Assembly: GCA_039188975.1 (NCBI GenBank)
Contig: JBCCYT010000001.1
Location: 13,130 to 77,129, forward strand
DNA: 64,000 bases
Source of the DNA: Actinomycetota bacterium
Lineage (GTDB): Bacteria; Actinomycetota; Acidimicrobiia; Acidimicrobiales; Aldehydirespiratoraceae
Direction of reading: 5' to 3'
Shown here: positions 53,729 to 60,970 of the stretch, piece after piece
Position numbering within the stretch: the first letter of the stretch is position 1
Layout of the letters: each line of letters opens with the position of its first letter
Notes under the pieces: model-generated
Databases searched by the model: none
What the model was told of the DNA's origin: nothing
Seen by the model: the letters and a program-made list of their open reading frames with translations, nothing else
Position numbers and translations under genes: made by a program

Positions 53729-54940
53729 TCAGCCGATCTCGGTGAGGATCGCTTTGAGGTACGCGCCCTCCGCGAAACCGATCGGATGGTCGTCGTCGTG
53801 CGCTCGCTCCTCGAGGAGGCGGAAGGGGCGACCGGTTCGTTCGACCGCGCCGATCACCGTGTCGTGAAAGGCGTCGGTGTCGATACGACTCGAACACGAC
53901 GCCTGCAGCAGCAAGCCGCCGGGTCGCAGCAGATCAACGGCGAGGTGCGTGAGGCGGGTGTAGGCCCGCAAGGCGCCGTGAATGGCGTTGCGGCGGCTGG
54001 CGAACGACGGCGGGTCAACCACGATCAGGTCATAGGACTCGCCGTCGGAGGCGAGCTGTTCCATGACCTGAAACGCATCGCCGACCGTCCCTCGCATCTG
54101 AGCACCGGGTGCGTTCTGGGCCACGTGGCGCTGCGCCGACGCGACCGCGAAGGGGGAGAGGTCGGTGGCATGAACGGTTCGGGCGCCTCCCGTCGCAGCG
54201 TGGACCGAGAAACCTCCGTGACAGGAGAACACGTCGAGCACGTCGCGATCGGCGGCGTGCGACCCGACGAGCGCTCGGTTGGCCCGCTGGTCGAGGAAGT
54301 ACCCGGTCTTTTGACCAGCGACCGGGTCGGCGGTCATGGCGTGGCCGTTCTCGAGGAATGGGGTGGGGTCAGGCGGCGGGTCGCCGGCGATCAGCAGGCC
54401 GTCGATCACGCCCTCTGGCGCAGCCTCAGCAATGTTGCGAGCCAGGCGGAGCACGACGTGATCGGCCCCCCAGTGGTCGAGGGCCGCGTCGAGGACCTCG
54501 TCCAGATGGGCAAACCATGCTGCGCTGTACAGCTTGACCACCAGGACTGGGCCGTAGCGATCGATCACCAAGGATGGCAGGTCGTCGTTCTCCCCGTGCA
54601 CGAGCCGCAACCCGGTCACGCCGGGATCATCGAACAAGCGTCGGCGCCGCTCATCCGCAGCCGCAAACCGAGCCCGCCAGAACGCACCGTCGATCGTGGC
54701 CTGATGCGTGGTGAGCACCCGAATCTGGATGGGGGAGTCGGGGTCCCACAGCCCGATCGCGGCGAACTTGCGGTTGTCGTCGAAGACGACGGCCAGGTCA
54801 CCGGGCGCACCGCCGTGTGACACCGATGTGATCGACCCGTCGTACACCCACGGGTGCCCGCGGCGGAGATGCTTCAGTGCGTCCTTCGTGACACGGACGG
54901 CGAGATTGCGACTCGAGCGTTGGGGCAGCGGGGGCAGCAA
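53729..54940 (-). CDS. class I SAM-dependent rRNA (cytosine-C5) methyltransferase, RlmI-like (PUA + MTase)
   Basis: ORF 53729-54940 (TTG start, uncertain). Motifs LRRGHPWVYD, VLDVFSCHGGFS and LIVVDPPSFA. Confidence 0.8.
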   Translation of the reverse strand: MLPPLPQRSSRNLAVRVTKDALKHLRRGHPWVYDGSITSVSHGGAPGDLAVVFDDNRKFAAIGLWDPDSPIQIRVLTTHQATIDGAFWRARFAAADERRRRLFDDPGVTGLRLVHGENDDLPSLVIDRYGPVLVVKLYSAAWFAHLDEVLDAALDHWGADHVVLRLARNIAEAAPEGVIDGLLIAGDPPPDPTPFLENGHAMTADPVAGQKTGYFLDQRANRALVGSHAADRDVLDVFSCHGGFSVHAATGGARTVHATDLSPFAVASAQRHVAQNAPGAQMRGTVGDAFQVMEQLASDGESYDLIVVDPPSFASRRNAIHGALRAYTRLTHLAVDLLRPGGLLLQASCSSRIDTDAFHDTVIGAVERTGRPFRLLEERAHDDDHPIGFAEGAYLKAILTEIG

Positions 54941-54995
54941 GCCCTCGATGCTAGGGCCTGTCGGATGCGACGACCTGCCGGTGTTCGCCCGCGTT

Positions 54996-56081
54996 CTAGA
55001 ACTTGCCGGAGTTCGCCCACTCCTCTTCGGGAGCGATCACTTCGACATTGTCCCAGTGCTCGACGATCTTGCCGTTCTCGAGCCGGAAGATGTCGAACGC
55101 GGCATAGTCGATGTTGTTCCAGACCTGGTGGGCCAACGACACGACAAAGTTGCCCTGACCGATGATGCGGTGGACTTCCTTGTAGTAGAGCGTCTGCCCG
55201 TTGGCTCGTGCGTTGGCGTCCATCTCCTTGAGCGCGTCGAGGCCATCGGGCGCATCGGGGTTGTGGTTGATGTAGGTGTCACTCGAGATGAACTCGTCCA
55301 TCTCAGCCGTCGGTTCGAGGATGAATGCCTCGGTCAGCAGTCGTCGCACGATGTCCTTGTTGGCCTCGGTGAGGTGAAGGTCGGTGATCTCGGTCGCGCC
55401 GTCGACCTGGGTGTGGCCGCCGGGGTTGGTGCCGCCCCACTCGTGGATGACGTCCCAGTGCTCGACGATTTTGCCGTTGCCGTCGGTGTCGAACAGGTCG
55501 GTGGTGACCCAGCGGGCTTCGCCGTTGTTGAGGTTCTGCGCCGCCATGACGAACACGAACCGTCCATCGACGAACGAGCGAACGAGGTCGATGTCGCGGA
55601 CCGGGTTCCGTTCGACGAACGGTTCGAAGAATTCGACGAAGCCCTCGATGCCGTCGCGGACACCTGCGGAGTGCTGGGTGTAGCGGTCGCCGGTGAACTC
55701 GGTGACCGCGCGACGGACATCGCCGTCGCGGATGCCTTCGAGATAGAGCCGGCGGGCGTGATCGAGTCCTGGTGATGTCATCGACGCGACCTCGACCGGC
55801 GTGTCGAGGGTGAATGCGTCGAGATCGACGAGCGCGAGGAAGTCTTGGGTTGCGGGCGCGTCCATGAAGCCAGCGACCGATGCCTGTGCATCGGCGAGGC
55901 TGTCCCACCGCAGCTTGATGGTCCACATGCCGTCGTCGCCGAGGGTGGTGATGCGGGTCCCGGGATTGAAGCCTGGTTGCTGGGGGAGGTACTCGGCCTG
56001 CACCTTTGCGTTCGCGGCAGCGAACGCGTCGGCGGAGGCGCCTTCCTTGAGGCGAAGGGTGATGGTCTCGATAACTGCCAT
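54996..56081 (-). CDS. three-module protein: ABM-like N-terminus plus two SnoaL/NTF2-like domains
   Basis: ORF 54996-56081. The N-terminal roughly 100 aa look ferredoxin-fold-like (ITLRLKEGASADAF...). Two repeats follow, each ending in GKIVEHWDVI / GKIVEHWDNV, which is typical of SnoaL-like cyclase folds. Confidence 0.65.
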   Translation of the reverse strand: MAVIETITLRLKEGASADAFAAANAKVQAEYLPQQPGFNPGTRITTLGDDGMWTIKLRWDSLADAQASVAGFMDAPATQDFLALVDLDAFTLDTPVEVASMTSPGLDHARRLYLEGIRDGDVRRAVTEFTGDRYTQHSAGVRDGIEGFVEFFEPFVERNPVRDIDLVRSFVDGRFVFVMAAQNLNNGEARWVTTDLFDTDGNGKIVEHWDVIHEWGGTNPGGHTQVDGATEITDLHLTEANKDIVRRLLTEAFILEPTAEMDEFISSDTYINHNPDAPDGLDALKEMDANARANGQTLYYKEVHRIIGQGNFVVSLAHQVWNNIDYAAFDIFRLENGKIVEHWDNVEVIAPEEEWANSGKF

Positions 56082-56183
56082 GGTGCACGGGTTTAGCGTT
56101 CGTCGGGCCGGGCGTCGGCAGACCTCGTCGACATTCGGTTGCCATATTCGGACACAACCAGGGTTCGGTTAGGGTTCCGTCAG

Positions 56184-57059
56184 ATGTCTCGATCGCTTCT
56201 CGCTGACCTGCGCGGGCCCACCCCGATAGCAGGCTTCAACCCGCAAGCTCACCCTCTGTTGCCGGTCGAGGCCATACCCCGTGCCGAATTGCGACACCAG
56301 CAGCTGCGCCAACGACTGGCCGGCCCTCATCGCCACGATTTCCACCAGCTCATCGTGTGCCACGGCGGCGAAGGGATGCACGTCGTCGACCAGCAGCCCA
56401 TCGAGATGCGTCGCGGTCGGGTGTTGCATGTGCACCCCGGTCAAGTGCACGAGTATCGATTCGAGCCGGATTTCGAGGCGTGGGTCGTGGTGTACCGAGA
56501 CGGCCTGCCCCAGGCGGTTCCGCCGGGCGGGGAGTGGTTTCCAGGCAGCACCGCGCCGGTCCGCTGGGATTTCGTCGACGACGAGTTCGACGCGATTCTC
56601 TGCGACGTGAAGAGCATTGCCGACGAGCAAGACCGTTTCGACGGGAGCGTCGGCGCCGTCATGTTGATCGAAAGCCTGCTTGCGACCCTCTTTGCTCGAG
56701 TTCACCGGCACGACGGCGTCGCGGCGGATTCCTCGACGTACAACGAGACGTTCGTTCGCTACCGGCGTCTGGTCGAGGAGCATTTCCGTCACCGACCCAC
56801 CGTTGCGTGGTGTGCTCGGGAACTCGGCTACAGCGTGCGCACGCTCGATCGAGCGTGCCACTCGGCGGTGGGGCAGTCGGCGAAGGCGGTGCTGGACGAC
56901 CGGGTAGCACTCGACATTCAGCGGCTGTTGGTGCACACCGACGCGTCGGTCACCAACGTTGGCGCCGCGTTCGACTTTCACAGCGCCTCGAGTTTCACGA
57001 AGTTCGTGAATCGCCATCTCGGCGCCTCGCCGTCGGCGATCCGGGCAGCTGGCGCCTGA
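56184..57059 (+). CDS. AraC family transcriptional regulator (cupin + HTH)
   Basis: ORF 56139-57059. Start at ATG 56184. Cupin region HRHDFHQLIVCHGGEG. C-terminal double HTH ...GYSVRTLDRACH...FDFHSASSFTKFVNRHLGASPSAIR. Confidence 0.85.
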   Translation: MSRSLLADLRGPTPIAGFNPQAHPLLPVEAIPRAELRHQQLRQRLAGPHRHDFHQLIVCHGGEGMHVVDQQPIEMRRGRVLHVHPGQVHEYRFEPDFEAWVVVYRDGLPQAVPPGGEWFPGSTAPVRWDFVDDEFDAILCDVKSIADEQDRFDGSVGAVMLIESLLATLFARVHRHDGVAADSSTYNETFVRYRRLVEEHFRHRPTVAWCARELGYSVRTLDRACHSAVGQSAKAVLDDRVALDIQRLLVHTDASVTNVGAAFDFHSASSFTKFVNRHLGASPSAIRAAGA

Positions 57060-57095
57060 TTCGGCGGCGTCGGATCGCCCGCCGTAGACGCCGAA

Positions 57096-57119
57096 GGACC
57101 CCGCCCGAGGGCGGGGTCC
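57096..57119. terminator. GC-rich hairpin between convergent genes (candidate bidirectional terminator)
   Basis: GGACCCCGCC (57096-57105), loop CGAG, GGCGGGGTCC (57110-57119). It lies between the AraC stop (57059) and the stop of the minus-strand gene (57145). There is no clear U-tract on either side. Confidence 0.5.
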
Positions 57120-57144
57120 GGTGCATCGTGAAGGGGGAGTGGCG

Positions 57145-57474
57145 TCAGTCGACGACGAACTCTTCCCAGTCGCCTTCGTCGGCTTCGCTGATGTCGATGA
57201 TGATGGCGTCCTCATCGATGTCCATCTCGTCGACGAACTCGGCCTCGAAGGTCTCTTCGGTGACGACCTTGCCGTCTCCGACCTCGTTGGACGTGTCGAG
57301 CTCGACGGTGACGACGTTGTCGCCCACGTCTGCAACGTCGACGCGCTCGGCGACGCCGGTCTCCGGGCTGGATTCGCCGTCGTCGGCGCCGGCGACCGCG
57401 GTGAGGCCGAAGACGGTGCCCATCAGCGCAACGGCACCGACAGCTGCGCCGGTGAGCTTGGAACGGGTGTGCAT
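57145..57474 (-). CDS. small secreted, very acidic protein (109 aa)
   Basis: ORF 57145-57474. Signal-peptide-like N-terminus MHTRSKLTGAAVGAVALMGTVFGLTAVAGA. The mature part is dominated by Asp/Glu/Val. No family recognised. Confidence 0.6.
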   Translation of the reverse strand: MHTRSKLTGAAVGAVALMGTVFGLTAVAGADDGESSPETGVAERVDVADVGDNVVTVELDTSNEVGDGKVVTEETFEAEFVDEMDIDEDAIIIDISEADEGDWEEFVVD

Positions 57475-57601
57475 GGTTGTTTCTCTTTTCTCGTGGTGGG
57501 GGTGTCAGAAGCTGACGGTGCCCACCATGGAGACCTGGCCTGAGATCGGCCTGAGAGCGGCTGAGGAACTTCTCAGGTGAGCTCGCAGCGTCGATCGAGG
57601 A

Positions 57602-58120
57602 GTGGTCCTAGGATTCGCCGCGGTGGCTGCGTACCTAGAGCACCCTGCTCGCCCAACCCGACCCGCCGGGGACGAGTACCTGGTGTTTCCCGATGCCCTG
57701 AACGAGAACGCAACCGTGTGGTTCGCGTTCGAGCCCGACCGTTGGGAGGGCGTGCTGGCTGTTCGGATCACTCCCGACCGAGCCCGTCTCGTTGGCGTTC
57801 CACTGTGGACCTACGGTGTGAATCTCGGCGATGTCGTCGAAATCGTGGCGTCGGCCGAGGGCGCGCCGGTGGCGGTCCGGGTCGTAGAGCGAAGCTCGAA
57901 CCGTACGTTTCGAGTCGTCTTCCAGGGCACGCCGCCCCAGGAACCCGACGAGCGCTGGCGCGACCTCGTCGTCGACCTCGAAGCGAACGGGTGCTGGTTC
58001 GACGTGCTGAGACCGGACTACCTCGCGATCTCGGCAAGCGTTGACCAAGCAGATGCCGTCGAGGAGTACTTGCATTCGCGATCGGAAGAGGGCGACTTCA
58101 TCTACGAGCGCAGCAGCTGA
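57602..58120 (+). CDS. hypothetical protein (possibly DUF4265-like; uncertain)
   Basis: ORF 57602-58120. The start is uncertain (GTG 57602 or GTG 57683). The pattern WFAFEPDRWEGVLAVRI...LVGVPLWTYGVNLGDVVE resembles a family I cannot verify without a search. Confidence 0.5.
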   Translation: MVLGFAAVAAYLEHPARPTRPAGDEYLVFPDALNENATVWFAFEPDRWEGVLAVRITPDRARLVGVPLWTYGVNLGDVVEIVASAEGAPVAVRVVERSSNRTFRVVFQGTPPQEPDERWRDLVVDLEANGCWFDVLRPDYLAISASVDQADAVEEYLHSRSEEGDFIYERSS

Positions 58121-58193
58121 CGGAGTCGGTCGGTGATCGAGCTAGGCGGCCCCTGCCGGCTGATGCGGCCGACATGGGTGTTGACGTCACACG

Positions 58194-58211
58194 ACGCGCC
58201 CGCGGGCGCGT
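58194..58211 (+). terminator. 18-bp perfect GC palindrome followed by TTTCG (weak terminator candidate)
   Basis: ACGCGCCCGCGGGCGCGT at 58194-58211, 73 nt after the stop of the 57602-58120 gene. The palindrome TGACGTCA (58182-58189) lies immediately upstream. Confidence 0.3.
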
Positions 58212-58449
58212 TTCGTCCCGCGCCGCGACGGTGCGGCCACGAAGAGTAGCTACGCGCGATCGAGTCTCGGTAACGCCGATCGGCCGGGTGCAGTCGTGAT
58301 GTTCGCTCAGGCGATGACACCTCCATGAGGGTGGTTGAGGGTCAGCGGTACTCGCTCGCTGATAGTGCGACGATCAACCAACGAATCGACATTTCGACGT
58401 ACTTTACATAACGGAGATTTCCGGCGGTTTGTCCGAGAGGGGCGGGTCG

Positions 58450-59829
58450 TCAGTCGAGCGGTGCGAGATCGTCGAGGATCCAGGGCAACAACTCGGCGAC
58501 GGTCGGGTGCGTGAAGACCGCCTTGCGGAACAGCTTGTAGGACTGCTTTGCGAGCATGAACGGCGCAAAGATGTTGATGATCTCATCGCCGCCAACGCCG
58601 AGCACCGTGACGCCGACGAACTCCTCGGTTTCCGCATCGACCAGGATCTTGATCAAGCCGTCGGTCTCGCTCTTCTCCCGGGCCCGAGAAATCGCGCTCA
58701 TCGGCCGGGTCGCCATCAAGATGTTGCGGCCGCTCTCGCGAGCTTCCTTCTCAGACATGCCGATGCGGCCGAGCGGTGGATCGATGAACATTGCGTAGAT
58801 CGGGATTCGGCCCGCCAGCGAGCGGTCCCCGTCGCCGCTGTAGTGATCCCAGAACGTCTCACCGTCGTTGACCGACGTGTGGGTGAACGCACCCCGGCCG
58901 TTGACATCACCGACGGCGTAGATGTGCTCCACATTGGTCTGGAGATGATCGTTGACAGTGACGAAGCCTCGGCGGTCGACCTCGACACCGGCCTGTTCGA
59001 GCTGCAGCGCTGCGCTGTTCGGGGTTCGGCCGGCGGCGAGCAACAGGTGGCTGCCCGGCACGGTCTTCGTGCCCTGTGCCGTCGTGAAGGTCACCTCGAC
59101 GCTTCCCGGAGCGGGCTGCGCGACCCCGTCGACCGACGAGCCAGTGTGCACGGTGATCCCGGCCGATTCGAGAATCTCACGCGCGCTCGCCGCGATGTCG
59201 GCGTCCTCACGGGGCATCAACTGGGGCGCAGCCTCGATGACGGTGACCTCGCTGCCCAAACGCCGGAAGATCTGGGCGAACTCCAACCCGATGTAGCTGC
59301 CGCCGACAATGACGAGATGTTCCGGCACCTCGCTCAGTTCGAGCAGTCCGGCGTTGTCGAGCCAGTCGACCTCGTCGATGCCGTCGATCGGCAGCCTCAT
59401 CGGGCTCGTGCCGGTGTGGATCACGATGCGCTCAGCCGAGAGCGTCTGATCACCGACGCTCACCTCGTTCGGCGAGACGAAGTGTGCGTACGCAGCGAAG
59501 AAGTCGACACCGTCCATCGTGCGAAGCCACTGCTCCATGCCGGAGTTGTCGCGGATTTCGTTCATGCGGCCCATCACCGTCGCCATGTCGACGGTGACCT
59601 CGTCGGCGTCGATCCCGAGATGGGCGCTGTGCTTCGCCACGTGCGCAGCGCGGGCGCTCGCAACGAGCGCCTTCGTCGGTGTGCAGCCATAATTCACACA
59701 CGAACCGCCGACCCTGCCGCCCTCGATGAGGGCGACCTTCTTGCCGGCGGCGACGAGGCGGGGAATGACGGTGCCGGTGGCCTGGCCGGTGCCGATCCAG
59801 ATGACGTCGTAGTGGGTGGGTTCGCTCAT
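58450..59829 (-). CDS. FAD-dependent pyridine nucleotide-disulfide oxidoreductase (class I, mercuric-reductase/dihydrolipoamide-dehydrogenase-like, no metal-binding N-domain)
   Basis: ORF 58450-60453. The real start is ATG 59829 (MSEPTHYDVIWIGTGQATG). Redox disulfide GGSCVNYGCTPTK, and VIVGGSYIGLEFA. Confidence 0.85.
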   Translation of the reverse strand: MSEPTHYDVIWIGTGQATGTVIPRLVAAGKKVALIEGGRVGGSCVNYGCTPTKALVASARAAHVAKHSAHLGIDADEVTVDMATVMGRMNEIRDNSGMEQWLRTMDGVDFFAAYAHFVSPNEVSVGDQTLSAERIVIHTGTSPMRLPIDGIDEVDWLDNAGLLELSEVPEHLVIVGGSYIGLEFAQIFRRLGSEVTVIEAAPQLMPREDADIAASAREILESAGITVHTGSSVDGVAQPAPGSVEVTFTTAQGTKTVPGSHLLLAAGRTPNSAALQLEQAGVEVDRRGFVTVNDHLQTNVEHIYAVGDVNGRGAFTHTSVNDGETFWDHYSGDGDRSLAGRIPIYAMFIDPPLGRIGMSEKEARESGRNILMATRPMSAISRAREKSETDGLIKILVDAETEEFVGVTVLGVGGDEIINIFAPFMLAKQSYKLFRKAVFTHPTVAELLPWILDDLAPLD

Positions 59830-59846
59830 GGTGCGCCCTGATTTCT

Positions 59847-59873
59847 CTGTTTGGGGGATGCTGTTTGGGGGAT
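59847..59873. promoter_or_regulatory. two tandem 13-bp direct repeats CTGTTTGGGGGAT (14-bp period) in a divergent promoter region
   Basis: Read directly at 59847-59859 and 59861-59873, which is 18-44 nt upstream of the oxidoreductase ATG (minus strand). Confidence 0.35.
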
Positions 59874-59973
59874 AGAAGAGTCGGGCAAGTCCGACCGGGC
59901 AGGGAACCTCCCGTGCTGCCACCGCTATTCCCCGACGCTCCCCCACGCTTTGGAATGGTCGTGCGCTAAACAG

Positions 59974-60921
59974 ATGCCGATGTCTGATGAGCTGATGCCG
60001 ACGACCGACGACGTTCGCGTCGCCATGGAGCGGTGCCAGCCGCTGATCCGGCGAACCCCGGTCGTCGCCACGACTCCCGGCGACCTCGAGTTCGACGGTT
60101 CGGTCATGCTCAAGCTCGAGTCGTTGCAACACGCCGGCTCGTTCAAGGCGCGGGGCAGTCTCAACAGTGCCCTCGGCAGTGAGATCCCACCATCTGGCCT
60201 GATCGCGGCGTCTGGTGGGAACCACGGCATCGCGGTCGCTCGTACGGCACGAGTGCTCGGCGTGCCGGCGGAGATCTTCGTTCCCGGCGTGTCCTCCCCC
60301 GCCAAGGTTGCCCGGCTCCGGGCCCACGGGGCCACCGTGCACATCGTGGGTGAGCTGTATGACGATGCGCAGGCCGCTTGCGATGTGCGAGCAGCAGAGA
60401 CCGGCGCACTCAACATTCATCCCTACAACGCGCCGCTGACCGTCGCAGGCCAAGCCACGTTGGGTGTCGAACTAGGCGAACAAATCGATCGTCTCGACAC
60501 GGTGGTGGTTGCGGTTGGTGGAGGGGGGTTGGCCGCTGGGATCCGCCTCGCTCTCCCTCACGTTCGGCTCATCACCGTCGAAACCGAGTCCTGCAATGCG
60601 CTGCACGCAGCAACCGCCGCCGGCGAACCGAAGACGGTCTCCCCCGCCGGGGTTGCGGCCGACGCACTCGGCGCCAAGCAGATCGGGTCGCTCCCCTGGC
60701 AGATACTCGCGGGACGAACCGAGACCGTGCTCGTCGATGACGATGCCACCATCGAGGCTCGCCACGCGCTCTGGGACGAGTACCAGCTCGTCACCGAACC
60801 AGCCGCCGCTGTCGCGCTCGCCGCCCTCCGGGTCGGTGCCTACACGCCAGCCGGGGGCGAGCGGGTTGCCGTGATCGTCTGTGGCGGGAACGTCGACCCA
60901 GCCGACCTGCGGCTCAGCTGA
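59974..60921 (+). CDS. PLP-dependent serine/threonine dehydratase family protein
   Basis: ORF 59851-60921. Start at ATG 59974 (MPMSDELMPT). PLP-lysine motif LQHAGSFKARGS, and Gly-rich loop VAVGGGGLAAG. Confidence 0.85.
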   Translation: MPMSDELMPTTDDVRVAMERCQPLIRRTPVVATTPGDLEFDGSVMLKLESLQHAGSFKARGSLNSALGSEIPPSGLIAASGGNHGIAVARTARVLGVPAEIFVPGVSSPAKVARLRAHGATVHIVGELYDDAQAACDVRAAETGALNIHPYNAPLTVAGQATLGVELGEQIDRLDTVVVAVGGGGLAAGIRLALPHVRLITVETESCNALHAATAAGEPKTVSPAGVAADALGAKQIGSLPWQILAGRTETVLVDDDATIEARHALWDEYQLVTEPAAAVALAALRVGAYTPAGGERVAVIVCGGNVDPADLRLS

Positions 60922-60970
60922 ACCACGCGAAAGGTCGCCGCATGCGGCCCCGGGCGATACCGTTTCTCCC

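Noticed and set aside
58325-58411. 28-aa ORF (MRVVEGQRYSLADSATINQRIDISTYFT) and the 74-aa minus-strand ORF 58102-58326 in the long convergent spacer
   Set aside because: Third-position GC is far below that of the surrounding genes, the sequence upstream of the ATG is CACCTCC (anti-SD-like, not an RBS), and the 74-aa ORF overlaps the 3' end of the neighbouring gene with Arg/Ser-rich content.
35195-59829. The two class-I disulfide oxidoreductases (35195-36550, 58450-59829) and two crotonases (38762-39562, 62395-63156) as evidence of a segmental duplication
   Set aside because: The paralogues differ substantially at the protein level, have different neighbours and orientations, and I saw no extended nucleotide identity. 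They are ordinary multigene families.
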